A stretch of DNA of 64,000 nucleotides from assembly GCF_009914755.1 (NCBI RefSeq), contig NC_060935.1; one strand, written 5' to 3'. The notes beneath the pieces were generated by a model, which ran no database searches, was not told where the DNA came from, and was given only the letters and a program-made list of their open reading frames with translations. The position numbers were made by a program, and so were the translations under genes. Origin of the DNA: the human T2T-CHM13v2.0 reference genome, Homo sapiens. Positions 28,881-45,747 of the stretch are shown here, in pieces. Each line of letters starts with the position of its first letter. Positions within the stretch are counted from its first letter, which is position 1.

Positions 28881-31782
28881 CAGAGTCAGGTGTGTCTTTG
28901 CTTGCTGTCTCTCTAGTACTTACATATGAAGGTTCCAGCTTCCTGCCCATGATGACGGAGCCTTCCAATCTTTTGCCTTCCCCACCTCTGTGTTGCCTGG
29001 AGTGCTCTTTGCACTCCTCTCCTGGGATGACTGGACTGTGGCCAGGTTGAGATGGTGACCACAAGCTCCCTTCACTGTGGCACAGTTACCCATTCTGTAC
29101 ATTCTGTGGTGGTTGTCAGCATGGGATCTTGGGTCAGTTACACCTCCATGAAGTCTAGGCTATCATTTACAGCTGGTGACCTTGGTAAATGATATTATCT
29201 CTAAATCTTCATTTTCTCACCTATAAAAAGGGAACAATAATATCTAATACTTGCTTCATGGGCTTGTGGTGAGCTTTAATATTGGAAAATATTTATTGAG
29301 CTTTTAATCGGTGCTTGGCATTATGTTATGTGCTTTATAGGAATTTCTTCATTGGATTCTCACACCAACTCCATGATATTGATACTAATATTATGATTTT
29401 CATTATACAGATGAGGAAACTGATGCTCCAAGGTCACATAGTTATTATATGACACCCACATCTTTCTGACTCCAGAGGTAGCCTCTCAGCCCTGTAATGA
29501 GAAGGCATGTGCAAGCACTAAGAACAAAGTAAACACTCATGATAAGCTATTACCCATGATAAATATAATACATGGAGTGTGGTAGGGTTGATACTTCTTC
29601 AGCTTTGGGGGATAACCAAATGCCCTGAGGATGGAAGCCAGAGACTGCCTCAGTCCCTCCCACTCTCTCTTGCTGAATATGCTCTCCTAGTGATCATCCT
29701 GTACTCCTCGGATATTCACCAAGAGAGAAGGCCACCCTGCAGCCATATAGCTGCTTTTTCATAAGGAACGTACCTGGCTAGCTCCCCGAGGGCTGAATAA
29801 AAGAAGCAAATGAGTAAAGCAAAATGGTCAGTTAATTGGGCTCTATTCGAGAGGTAATTGTGTGAGAATGAACTGGAAGAGACAGAGGTAGAGACCAGTT
29901 TATGGCCAATGTTGGATTTTCTAACCACTGACTATGGAATGGGTTGGGCCTAATGAGTGTTTGCAAAGGTTCTTTGAAATCCCTGAGATAAAAGGCTATG
30001 CTCTATTTCTTAAGGAGTTTTACTAGTTCTCATTGATCTGTTTGTCTACTATTGGAGATGGAGGGCAATTAAATAATTTGTGCACATCAGACATGTAATA
30101 CGCCTCTTTGTATCCTCACTGCCTAATTCAGTGTTCCCTCTGTATAATGGAGCTCTTTAAATGTCTGTTTTCATTAATGGAGGTGAGGAGGGCTCTGATC
30201 TGGTTTTCTTTATTGGCTCTGATGTTCTTCATTCAGACAATCCCTTCTTCTAACTACTGGATATGTAATTATGAGGTGCCATGCATGTTTACATGGGGAG
30301 TGGTGGGAGGATGGAGGGTGGTGAAATGGAGAGGAATGAAGCACTCTTCTTTTACTTCTTTTGCATGTCAGTCAGAGTGTAGAAGGGTCAATGCGTAGGA
30401 GCTCCTAGCATTAAGGATATGAGTGTATGTGTTTGTGAAAGTGTAATGAATACCAAATGTAGAGCAACAACAAAATGTCCAACTCTAAGAAAATCAGAAT
30501 TTATTGCTACAGTGAAAGTTGTCCGGGAGGGCCAGTGAATTTTAGCTAGGCGTTTGGGCCAGAGTTTTATTCTCAAGAAACCAGGTCTGGGAATGGTTAC
30601 TGCACCTCTGAGGCAATGCCTAGAGGCTTGTATGTGTCTCTCAGAAGTCATGGTGCTTGCTCACCCAAGATTTGCCTCAGGTTAGACCAATTATAATTTT
30701 TTTTTTCTGTTTCCACTGGCCGAGAAATGTCATTGTTGATAGAAAAACCCCTGTATGTTCCAGGCCATCATTTCTGGCAGTTCTTGGGTTTTCTTGGTGA
30801 AAGAGTCATGAACATGGTGAATCTCTCCATTATCCTTAGTTTGCCCATTGAGTTGCCAGACTGCCCCAGCATTTCCTCCTTGGAGCATTTCAGATAAGGG
30901 GCTATCTGTGTTCCCTCAGGTGAGGAGGCTAAGATGGTTTGATGTAATGATGTGGGGCTGCAGGTGATCTGTCTGCCTGCTTGGGGAAGAGTATGAAATA
31001 GTTTCTGAATTTTTCCCAGATCTATAGCACTAGCCATTCTGATAAGCTAATTCATACAAAGGTCAGCCTCGTGTGATGGGTAGAGCTTTGGATTTTGAAT
31101 CGGAAGATTTGGGTTTGAGTGCTTGCTTGTATGTGATTACATACAAAACTGTGCATCGACTGACAACCTCTCTGAATCTTGCCTTTTTTGCTTAGTGACA
31201 TAAGTACATTGATATCTCACTATTTCTACATGAGTTGTTTTGGGGATCAGTTGGATAATGAATGTGAATGGTAGGGGGCCATATGGAGGAAGGGATTTAT
31301 AAAAAGTGCTGGGATATAGTTACAGGTCTAACCAACATGCCAGGTAATGTCTGCATTTTAATTAAGCTTTCTAAAGACCATACTCTTCCTTTATTGTCAT
31401 GCTCAGATGAAACTCCATTTCAGGTCACTCTCAAGTAACATAGCTAAGAACTCAGGGCCTAAAATAACATGTGGCATAGAATAAGCAATCGAACATTGGT
31501 TGACTGGATGACAGAATGATTGGGTGTGTAATGGAATGTGATTAAGTATACACCTACTGGATATTGTGGGGAGGATTTATTTACTGGGCATAAAAAGGGT
31601 ACCTATAGATACAGAATTTGGATGCCATAAAGAATAAACAAAGGAAGCTCTAGGTTGCTCAGTAGAGAGTTTTTTAAAATGCTGCATTGCTTATTACAGA
31701 TTATAAATTCAGTATTGTCTCTAGTAATTTCAAAATAATTGAGTGTGTCAATTATTAAACTCTTGGTTGCCAGCTTCAATGA

Positions 31783-32090
<308 letters not shown>

Positions 32091-32177
32091 GGTTCTCAGC
32101 TTTCTATACTTGGGCTTTGGGGCTGGGACGCTGCAAATCACCTTTCTCCTTTACCAACTGCTCACTCGTTGACTCTG

Positions 32178-32191
32178 CCAGTAGAGGGTGC
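32178..32191 (+). promoter_or_regulatory. CTCF-like motif inside the LTR33
   Basis: CCAGTAGAGGGTGC has one mismatch (CpG-decay type) to CCASYAGRKGGCRS. Binding is not shown. Confidence 0.35.
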
Positions 32192-34565
32192 TAGAGGAAG
32201 GCTGGAGGAAGAGAAAGAAACATGGCTCTTCTCATTGGCTTATTGTGCCTCTCAGATACCCCAGCAATGCTTCTTCACCTTGGCAGGGCCAGTTTGTTTC
32301 AGTGGCATCAGCTGAATCCAGTTAGTGGTTTCCCCAACAATTGCAGAATCAGCCTCACAGCAATGTTGCTCTCTGCCTAACCTGGGCCACCAGCTCCAGT
32401 GGCCAGTGCCTCTTTCTCAGAGGTGCCCTTCCTCAGAAGGGTCCTAGGCCCCACAAAATTTCTCCTCTAAGTGTCTAGGTTTCAATAATTCCAGCCTCTT
32501 CCCTTTGTTTCCCCAGTCCTAGGGATGGGAACTACATCCTGCACTTGCTACCTTTGTGATAAATTTCAGTGTTCTCCTTTTGCTGTTTCAGTTCCTCCAA
32601 ATCTACTAACCATTCTTTATATGAAATTCTCTCTGTTAAAATAGCTAGCATGGAGACTTATGATTTCTGGTTTGGCACGTTAGAATCCTAGAAGTCACAC
32701 TCCATCCTAACAAGTAAAAAGCTGAGCAAACTAAAAAAAAATTAACTCTTCTTAGATCCACAAGAGAAGTGAGGTCACTGGGAAAATTGTGCTTCCCAAA
32801 CTGGAGACAGACAGGCAAATACACAGAATCACAACTTATAGGAGCAGAAACCCACTAGCAGAAACCTCTGTGGAACCACTGCCAATGTAGGAAAACTTGA
32901 ATCATAATTGACCAATTGCTGGAGGCTTAGTGTGGACAAGCCTGATAGATAAAAACTCCAGGGACCAAGTTAGCAGGGTCCCCCATGCTTTTTTGAGTTT
33001 TGCTTCTTGGAGCTCTATCAGGTTCTCTCAGTGAATATGGGAGAAAAATCCCCTTTGGCTTCCAGCAGGGAGAGGAAAAAAAAGAATCATTTGAAATATA
33101 CCAGAGCCTTCCATTCTTCTTAACAAGGTCTGCCTTCAGGAGAAACTATTTAATCAGGTAAAATATTTACCTGTTGTTTTTGTTGTTGTTGTTGTTATTT
33201 TTTTTGTTTTGTTTTGTTTTCCAGCGCCTTACTGACCTGGGGGAAGGGAAACATCCAACTCTAACTGCTTCTGGCCTTCCACGTGGGAGAAGGGAAATAC
33301 CCACCTCCAGTTCACTCTAGCCATCCTGTTCCACATAAAGGGGAGAGAGGAATGCAGAGACGTGTGAAGTTCATAGTCCAGAGGCACAGGCTCACTAAAT
33401 GACTGAACCTAGTCACAGGACTATAGCATGCTTCCCTTTCCCCCACACGATACTACCACCTTGCTAATGGCCTATTTACAGTAGTTCCTTTTACTCAGAA
33501 CATCATGTCTGCCTACCAGGAAAAAGTTACAAGGCAAATAACACAGTTTGAAGAGACAGAGCAAGCATCAAAACCAGACTCAGATATGGCAGAGATGTCA
33601 GAATTATCAGACCAGAATTTAAAAACTATGGTTAATATGCTAAAAGCTCTAATGGATAAAGTAGACACCATGCAAGAACAGATGGGCAATGTAAGCAAGG
33701 AGATGGAAATTTCAAGCAGAACCAAAGAGAAATGCTAGAGATGAAAAACATTATAACAGAAATGAAGAATGTTTTTGATAGGCTTATTAGTATACTGTAC
33801 ACAACTAAGGAAAGAATCTCTGAGCTTGAAGATCAAAGAGATCTAAAACGAAAATCAAACTAAAACTAAAAATCAAAGAGAAAAAAGACAAAAAAAATCC
33901 CCAGTATATCCAATACCTGTGGGAAAATTACAAAAGGTGTGACATACATGTAATGAAAATACCAGAAGGAAAATAGAGAAAGGAATATAAATATTTGGAA
34001 TGATGATGATTGAGAATTATTCCAAAATTAATGCCAGACACCAAACTACAGATCTAGGAAGCTTAGAGAACATAGAGCAGAATAAGTGCAAAACAAAACG
34101 AAAACAAAAACCTCAAACAATTAAAAAACAACAACAACAACAAAAACCCCAAAACAATGCCTAGGCATATCATATTCAAACTACAAAAAATCAAAGATAA
34201 AGAATCCTGAAAGAAACCAGAGGCAAAAAAAAAAAAAACTTACCTATAAAGGAACAAAGATTAGAATTACATACAACTTCTCAGAAACCAAGCAAGCAAG
34301 AAGAGAGTAAAGTGAAATATTTAAAGTTTTGAGCACGAACTCCCCGCCAACCTAGAATTCTGGACTCTGTAAAATTATACTTCAAAAGTGAAGGAGAAAT
34401 AAATAATGTTTCAGACAAAAAAATTGAGGGCATTTGTTTCTAGTAGACTTGCCTTATAAGAAATGTTAAAGGAGTTCATTAGAGGGAAGGAAAACGATAT
34501 GGGTAAAAAACTCAGATATACATAAAGAAAGGAGTCACATCAGAGAAAAAAACTATTTAAAGTAA

Positions 34566-34958
<393 letters not shown>

Positions 34959-36554
34959 CCTATCTCTCATCTATAAAGAGAGTAGATTCTTATGAAGGTT
35001 TATGTATAAATGAAATGAATGACAGCAATAATACTAAGCACAGGAGGAAGGAATTAGGATTACTTTGTTATTATAAGATATTCACATTACCCGTGAAGTA
35101 GTATTGTGTTATTTGAAAGTGGGACTTGTATTAGTTAAAATGTATATTGTAAATTTAGGGCCACCACTAAAAAAAAAGTATAACTGATATACTAGGAAAG
35201 GACATAAAATGGAATAATAAAATACCCAACTAAAACTACTGAAGGTTTGGACAAAAAGTTGTGGTTAAAAAAAATAAAAACAAAAACCACGGAAGGCAGA
35301 AAAAGCATGAAAGGAAAAAATAAGAACAAGAAACAAGGGCAACAACATGGAAAATAGTATAAATATGGTAGATATTAATTCAGTGATATCAATAATCACT
35401 TTGAACATTAATGGTCCAAATGTCAATTAATGACAGAAGTTTTCAGAGGGGATCAAAAAGCAAGACTCAACTGTACTGTTGTATGCAAAAACCCCAAACC
35501 CACTTTGAATATAAAGAAACATATAGATTAAAAGTAAATGGCATGAGAGAAATATAGCATAAAAGATCATGCTAACACTAATCGAAAGAAAGTAGGAGTA
35601 AATATATTAATTTCAGACACAGCAGACTTCAGAGCAGGAAAGTTATCAAAAATAAAGGGGGCACTGCATAATGATAAAGGAATCAATTCTCCAAGACAAT
35701 TTAACAGTCTTTAAAATGTATGCACCTAACAACAGAATGTCAACATACATGAGGCAAAACTGATAGAATTGCAAGGAGAAACATGATTCCACTATTATAA
35801 TTGAAGACTTTGACACTCCTCTATTAGAAATGAACAGATTCAGTAGGCAGAAAATCAGTAAATATATAGCTAACCTCAACAACATCATCAATCAACAGGA
35901 TATAAATAAAATCTTCAGACTACTTCATCGAACAACAGCAGAATACACGTTCTTTTCAAGTTCACATGTAATATTCACCAAGATAGACCACATTCTGGGC
36001 CATAAAACACACCTTAACAAATGTAAAAGTATAGCGGTTGTACAATATTTGGTCTCAGAACAAATGGAATTAAACCAGAAATCAATAACAGAAAGATAGC
36101 TAGAAAAATCTCAAAATACTTGGAGATTAAACAACACACTTTTAAATAACACATGGGCCAGAGAAAAAAAACTCAAGATCAATTTAAAAACATTCTGAAC
36201 TAAATGAAAATGAAAATTCAACTTATCAAAATTTGTAAGATGCAGAGAAAGCAGTTCTTAGAGGAAAATTTATGGTATTGACTACATATATTAGAAAATA
36301 TGAAAGATCTAAAGTCAATCATTTAAGTTTCCACCATAGGAAAAGAGAAAAACAAGAGCAAATTAAATCCAAAAATTAAAAACAGAAAAGCAATAAAGAA
36401 AATAAACCAAAAGTTGGTTCTTTGAAAATATCAATAAAGTTGATAAGCCTCTAGCTAGAATGAATAAGAGAGGTGAGTGAGAGAGAGAGACAATAATTAC
36501 TAATAACAGAAATGAAAGAGAGAAAATTGCTACAGATCCCATGAATGTGAAAAG

Positions 36555-36980
36555 ACCCAAATGTCCAACAATGATACACTGGATTAAAAAAATGTGGCAC
36601 ATGTACATGGAATACTATGCAGCCATAAAAAAGGATGAGTTCATGTCCTTCGCAGGGACATGGATGAAGCTGGAAACCATCATTCTCAGCAAACTATCAC
36701 AAGGACAAAAAACCAAACACTGCATGTTCTCACTCATAGGTGGGAATTGAACAATGAGAACACTTGAACACAGGAAGGGAAACATCACACACTGGGGACG
36801 GTTGTGGGGTGGGGGGAGGGGGGAGGGATAGCATTAGGAGATATACCTAATGTAAATGATGAGTTAATGGGTGCAGCACACCAACATGACACATGTATAC
36901 ATATGTAACAAACCTGCATGTTGTGCACATGTACCCTAGAACTTAAAGTATAATAAAAAAATATATATATAAACAAAAAA
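36555..36980 (+). mobile_element. L1PA4/5-like 3' end (~430 bp)
   Basis: cccaaatgtccaacaatg...gtaccctagaacttaaagtataat plus tail. Confidence 0.9.
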
Positions 36981-36989
36981 GAATAATCA

Positions 36990-37286
36990 GGCTGGGCACT
37001 GTGGCTCACAACTGTAATCCTAGCACTTTGGGAGCCCGAGACAGGCAGATCACTTGAGGCCAGGAGTTTGAAATCAGCCTGGCCAACATGGTGAAACTAC
37101 ATCTCTACCAAAAATACAAAAATTAGCCGGGCATGGTGGTGCACACCTGTAATCCCAGCTACTTGGGAGGCTGAGGCATGAAAATCACTTTAACCCAGGA
37201 GATGGAGGTTGCAGTGAGCCGATATTACACCACTGCACTCCACCTTGAGTGATAGAGGGAGACACTGTCTCAAAAATATAAAAAAA
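36990..37286 (+). mobile_element. AluS
   Basis: Dimeric Alu. TSD aataat(c/t)ag. Confidence 0.95.
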
Positions 37287-38606
37287 AATAATTAGTGAAT
37301 CCTATCAACAGCTCTGTGGCCACAGATTTGATAACCTAGATGAAATGGACCAATTCCTTGAAAGACACAATCTGCCAAAACTCATAAAAGAAGAAACAGA
37401 CAATTCAAATTGGTCTGTATCTATTAAAAAATTGAATAAATAATTAATAACCTTCTCAAACAGAAAGCACCAGGCCCAGATGGGTTAACTGGTGAATTCT
37501 ACTAAAAATTTAAGTAAGAAATTATGCCAATTCTGTATCATCTCTTTCAGAAGATAGAAAAAGAGAAAATACTTCCTCACTGATTCTGTGAGGCTAGCAT
37601 TTCTATGATATGAAAACAGTCAAGGACATTACAAGAAAAGAAAACTGCAGACCAATATCTCTCATAAGTCTGGATGCAAAAATCCTCAACAAAATATTAG
37701 CAAATCAAATCCATCAATATATAAAAAGAATTATATATCGCCACCAAATGGGATTTATCCTAGTTATGCAAGGCTGATTCAAAATATCAAAATTAATTGA
37801 TATAATTTATCATATCCACAGGCTAAAGAAGAAGAATTGCATGATCATATCAATAGATGCAGAAGAATTACTGGACAAAATCCAACACTCATTTATAATA
37901 AAAATTCTCAGTAAACTAGCAATTGAGGGGAACTTCCTCAACTTGATAAATAATATCTAAGAAAAATCCTACAGCTAATATCATCCTTAATGGTAACAAC
38001 CTACTAAAAACTTTCCCACTAAGTCCAGGAACAGGCAAGGATACCCCCTCTCACTACTCCTTTTCAACATCATACTGGAAGTCCTAGCTAATGCAGTAAG
38101 ACAAGAAAAGAAAATAAAAGTTACACTGAATAAGATGGAAGAAATAAAACTATCTTTGTTTGCAAATGATATAATCCTCTGTGTAAGTAATCATAAAGAA
38201 CTGACAAAAAAATAACAAAAACAAAAAACAACTTCTGAAACTAGTAAATTATTATAGCATGGCTGCAGAATGCAAGGTTAACATATAAGAATCAATTGGT
38301 TTCCTACATATAGCAAGGCTGCAGGATACATGATTAATATGCAAAGTCAATTGCTTTCATATATACTGGCAATGAGAAAGCAAAATTTGAAATTAAAAAC
38401 ACAATGCCTTTAAATTAGCACACACACAAATGAAATACTTAGGCATAAATCTAACAAAATATGAATAATATCTATATGAGGACAACTACAAAATTATGAT
38501 GAAAGATATCAAAGAAGAACTAAATAAATGGAGAGATATTCCATGTCCATGGATAGGAACACCCAATTTTGACAAGATGTCAGTTCTTTCCAATTTGATC
38601 TATTAT

Positions 38607-40633
<2,027 letters not shown>

Positions 40634-41202
40634 CCAACTTTAGCTATTATAGTTTCAATCACAACGCAATTCTATTGCATCTATTGATGAAATCCTAATC
40701 AAAATGCCAGATTTTGTGGATATTGACAAACCAATTCTAGAGTTTATACGTAAATGCAAAAAACCCCGAATAGCCAACTCAATACTGAAGGAGAAAAACA
40801 AAGTTGGAAGATTGACAATACCTGACTTTAAGACTACTATAAAGCTACAGTGGTCAAGACAGTGTGATACTGTCAAAAGAATAGACAAGTAGTTCAGTGG
40901 AACGAAATAGAGAGCCCAGAAATAGATCCACATAAATACACTAAAATATAACTCTCTCACAAAGGAGCAAAGGCAATAAAATGGAGCAAAGATAGCTCAT
41001 TCAACAAATGGGGCTGGAACAACATCCACATACAAAAAAGTAAATCTAGACACAGATCTTATACCCTTTATGGAAATTAATTAAAAATGGATCACAGTCC
41101 TAGATGTAAAGTGCAAAATCATAAAACTCACAGAAAATGGCATAGGAGAAAATCTAGATGACATTGATTATAGCAATGACTTTTAGATAAAACACCAAAG
41201 GT

Positions 41203-41598
<396 letters not shown>

Positions 41599-42251
41599 CT
41601 ACTCCGTGAAAGACAATGTCAGAAGAATGAGAAGACAAGCTACAGGGTAGGAAAAAATATTTACAAAAGATATATCTGAAAGAGTACTGTTATTTAAAGT
41701 ATACAAGGAATTCTTAAAGCTCAATAATAAGAAAACAACCAATTAAAAAATGGGCCAAAGATTGTAACATATACCTCATCAAAGAAGAGTTATAGATAGC
41801 AATAAGCATATGAAAAGATGCTCCACATCATGTCATCAGAGAAATATAAGTTAAAAAACAATGAGATACCAGTACACACCTATTTGAGTGGCCAAAATCC
41901 AGAATACTTACAAGACCAAATGCAGGCAAGTACGTGGAGAAATAGGAATTCTCATTCATTGTTGATGGGAATACAAAATGGTACAGTCAATTTGGAAGAC
42001 ATGTTTGGCAGTTTTTTACAAAACTAAACATATCCCTACCAAAGAATCCAGCAATTATACTCCTTGGGATTTACACAAAGAGTTAAAAACTATGTCCAAA
42101 TTAAAAACCTGCACGTGGATGTTTATCATAGCTCTGTTAATAATTGCCTAAACTTGGAAGAAACCAAGATGTTTTTCAGTGTTAATGGATAAATAAACTG
42201 TGATATATCCAGATGGTGGAATATTATTCAGTGCTAAAAAGGAATGAGCTG

Positions 42252-42549
42252 GGCTGGGCGCGGTGGCTCACACCTGTAATCCCAGCACTTTGGGAGGCTG
42301 AGGCGGGCGGATCACGAGGTCAGGAGATCGAGACCATCCTGGCTAACACAATGAAACCCTGTCTCTACTAAAAATACAAAAAATTAGCCGGGTGAGGTGG
42401 CGGGCGCCTGTAGTCCCAGCTACTCTGGAGGCTGAGGCAGGAGAATGGTGTGAACTCAGGAGGCAGAGCTCGCAGTGAGCCGAGATCGTGCCACTGCGCT
42501 CCAGCCTGGGTGACAAAGCGAGACTCTGTCTCAGAAAAAAAAAGGAAAG
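42252..42549 (+). mobile_element. AluY
   Basis: ggatcacgaggtcaggagatcgagaccatcctggctaac. TSD aag(g/a)aatga(g/t)ct. Confidence 0.93.
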
Positions 42550-43789
42550 AAAGAAATGATCTACCAAGCCACGAAAAGACATGCAGGAAATGTAAAGGCA
42601 CATTAATAAATGAAGGAAGCCAATTTGAAAAGTCTACATACGATTCTAATTGAATGGCATTCTAGAAAAGGCAAAACTATGGAAACAGGAAAATAATCAA
42701 TGGTTGCAAGGGGTTTAACAGATGGAGCACAGGGGACTTTCAGGGCAATGAAGCTATTTTGTATGGTACTATAATGAATACATGTCCTAATGCATTTGTT
42801 TAAATTCACAGAATGTACAACACCAAGAGCAAACCCTAATGTAAACTATGGGCTTTGGATGATAATGATGTGTCATTAATTGTAACAAATGTGGCACTCT
42901 GGCAGGGGAAGCTGATAATGGGGGAGGCTGTGTGTGTATAGGGGCAGGGGGCATATAGGAAATCTTTGTATCTTCTGCTTAATTTTGCTGTGAATGTAAA
43001 TGTGTATTAAAGATAATGTCTATTAAAAAATCCCTGATGTGGTAGTTGGTGTGGCATAGATGTTTGCACTCTGACTGATACCCTGAGTCTTAGAAAATCC
43101 TGAGAGCTCTAATAATAAGTTGCTCCCTTTTTAGAAGCTGGTGGCTCCTCTCTAGGTATCCAGATTTCTCGAAGGAAGGCACAGGTTGCATGGAGCAGAT
43201 AGATATTTGAAGAGGCACTGCTTGTTCTAGAATATTTGGAGAGATCTCATAGGTAAATTAGGGGGAAGAGCTTTCAGTGGAGGATGGAATTAGAAAATAT
43301 CTCTTTTCTAATCTTTCGAAGGGTTTCTCCAGGGTTTTTAGGATAAAAAACTGGAAGAAACTTCAAAGCCCACTTCATTCAATCTCTTCATTTTGCAAGG
43401 GAAAAAACCAAAGTTCAGGGAGGTTAGTGTTTGCTTGAGTTCAGTTAGTTAAAGTCATTATCTGGACTGGAACTCATGTCCCTTGATGCTTGTTTCTGTG
43501 CATTTGTCACCTCAACACACTGTACTTTAGTTATAAATTCACCTTGGCTCTGCATGGGTTGTTTTCAAATCAGATCTCAGACACAATCTTATCTTCAGGC
43601 GACACTGGCCATGAGGGGGTGGTTGTACTTTCTGGGTTTACTAAGCATAGGATATGGCTCTTCAGGGCTGGATTGTGACGTGTATCTTGTATTTTTTCCC
43701 AGAAACCTGACGTCTTAGATGCTGCTGAGAAATGATGTCATGACTCTGTGGAGAATATATAAATTTGCTTTGCTTGGCTTCTTGCCTTC

Positions 43790-44148
43790 TGATATGGTTT
43801 GGCTGTATCCCCATCCAAATCTCATCTTGAATTGTAGCTCCCACAATTCCCACATGTTGTGGGAGGGACCCAGTGGGAGGTAATTGAATCACAGGAATGG
43901 GTCTTTCTCATGCTATTCTCGTGATAGTGAATAAGTCTCATGAGATCTGATGGTTTTATAAACAGGAGTTTCCCTGCACAATTTCTTTTCTTTTCTCTAC
44001 TGCCATGTCAGATGTGCCTTTCACCTTCCACCATAATTGTGAGGCCTCCCCAGCCATGCGCAACTGTGAGTCCATTAAACCTCTTTCTTTTATAAATCGC
44101 CCAGTCTCAGGTGTGTCTTTATCAACAGTGTGAAAATGGACGAATACA
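43790..44148 (+). mobile_element. THE1B/C (MaLR) solo LTR
   Basis: TGATATGGTTTGGCTG...AATACA. Perfect 5-bp TSD CCTTC at 43785-43789 and 44149-44153. Confidence 0.95.
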
Positions 44149-44154
44149 CCTTCT

Positions 44155-45640
44155 AAATGTTGAAGTCACCCATGCCTTAGGCCTTGAATATTTTCTGTCT
44201 ATTTACAGTCACTCACCAGGTGATCTCTTCTAGTTTTGACTTTAAATTTATTCTATAATCCAGATTTACATTTCCATCCCAACCTTTCCCCTACTTTCCA
44301 GACACACATTACCAACTGCCTATGTATCATTTCTCCATGGATGCAATAGGATCTCAGACTTGACATTCCTGAAACCCAACTTTTCATCACTCTCCCAATC
44401 TCTAAGCCTGCTTCTCCTCCACGATCCTCCATCTCTTTAAATGGTGCCGCAATTCGTCTAGATGCCCATGTCAAAAAGCCTTGGAATCATCCTTGACCTT
44501 CACCTCTCACATCTAAATCATCTGTAAACCCTATGGGTTATACCTTCAAAGTATATCCAGAACCTAACGTCTTCTCACCTCCTCCATTGCTCCACCCTAC
44601 CTTACCTGGATTACTTTAGTAGTGTCCTAACTGGTCTTGTGTTTCCACTGTTGGCATCCTTCATTCTATTCTCCACAGAATAGCCAGACTGGGCTTTTAA
44701 AACTGTAAATCAGAGAAGTAGAAACAAACATGGTGAACCCTATGGTTACCCCAGACTGCTGCCTGGGAGCACTTTCTGAACTATAGTGTGGGAAGGGAGA
44801 ATCCAAGCAGTCTTACTGAGCTGAGGAGAGATTGAAGTTTGAAGAGGCTGAAGCAGCTACAATTTGCAAGGCAGACTAATGAGGAGGAGAATTAAGCCAC
44901 ACAGAGCAAGAAATTGCATAGTGGTCTCCTTGAGTGTGTTGCTGAATAACAAACTATGCCCTCACAGAATATAATTCCAAGAGGCCAGGCAAAGAATGAC
45001 TGGAGTCCTAGAATCTGAATAATTTCCAGAGCTTACATAGGGCTAGAAGATGGTTGTGTTCTAATCAGCAAAGGGCAAGTACTATTGAATTCCTGGTGCG
45101 TTCAGTGAAGACTTCAAAAGTACGATGCCTTAGTTGTGGGGCTGTCCCAGCCCTAGAGTATAGGTTCCTTTCAATACCCTCTAACAAAACTTAACAACAA
45201 GACTCAAAAGGATGAGGCTGGACTTCAAGTGACTTGCCTACCTGCCAGGAAAATAATGACTCTTTTTATAGAGCAAAATTCAACACTCAACAATCTAGCT
45301 TCCAGATGAAAACTACTAGACGTGCCAAAAATAGGAAAATGTGAACCAGAGCTCTTTTAGGGCCTTTGTATTTGGTCTTCTCTCAGCTGAGAACTCTCTT
45401 CCCTCAGATGTCTGTCTGCACAACACCTCAATTCATTTGAGTATCTATTCAAATATTTTCCTTAGAGAAGCCTTCTCTGATATATAAAATTATCACCATC
45501 TGTCAATCTTAATTCCCTCCTGCTATTTTTTCTTATTCATAGCATTTAGTCATTAGATTGTAAATCTCTTTGATATGTATTTGTTTGACATGTACTGTAT
45601 GTAATGTGCACTCAGAAACACTTATTGCGTGATTGAATGA
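44155..45640 (+). mobile_element. L2 fragments interrupted (~44720-45350) by an old L1 5'-region fragment
   Basis: L2 motifs ccttggaatcatccttgac, cttcaaagtatatccagaa and terminal tgattgaatgaat. Confidence 0.55.
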
Positions 45641-45720
45641 ATATAAAACAATATTTAGTTTTCTTTGGGTAAGGCTAAACATTTACGTTACCTAAATTTC
45701 TAGTAAATGTCACCAGAATT

Positions 45721-45747
45721 TGTGTGTGTGTGTGTGTGTGTGTGTGT
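45721..45747. repeat. (TG)n microsatellite
   Basis: About 13 perfect TG units. Confidence 0.98.
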
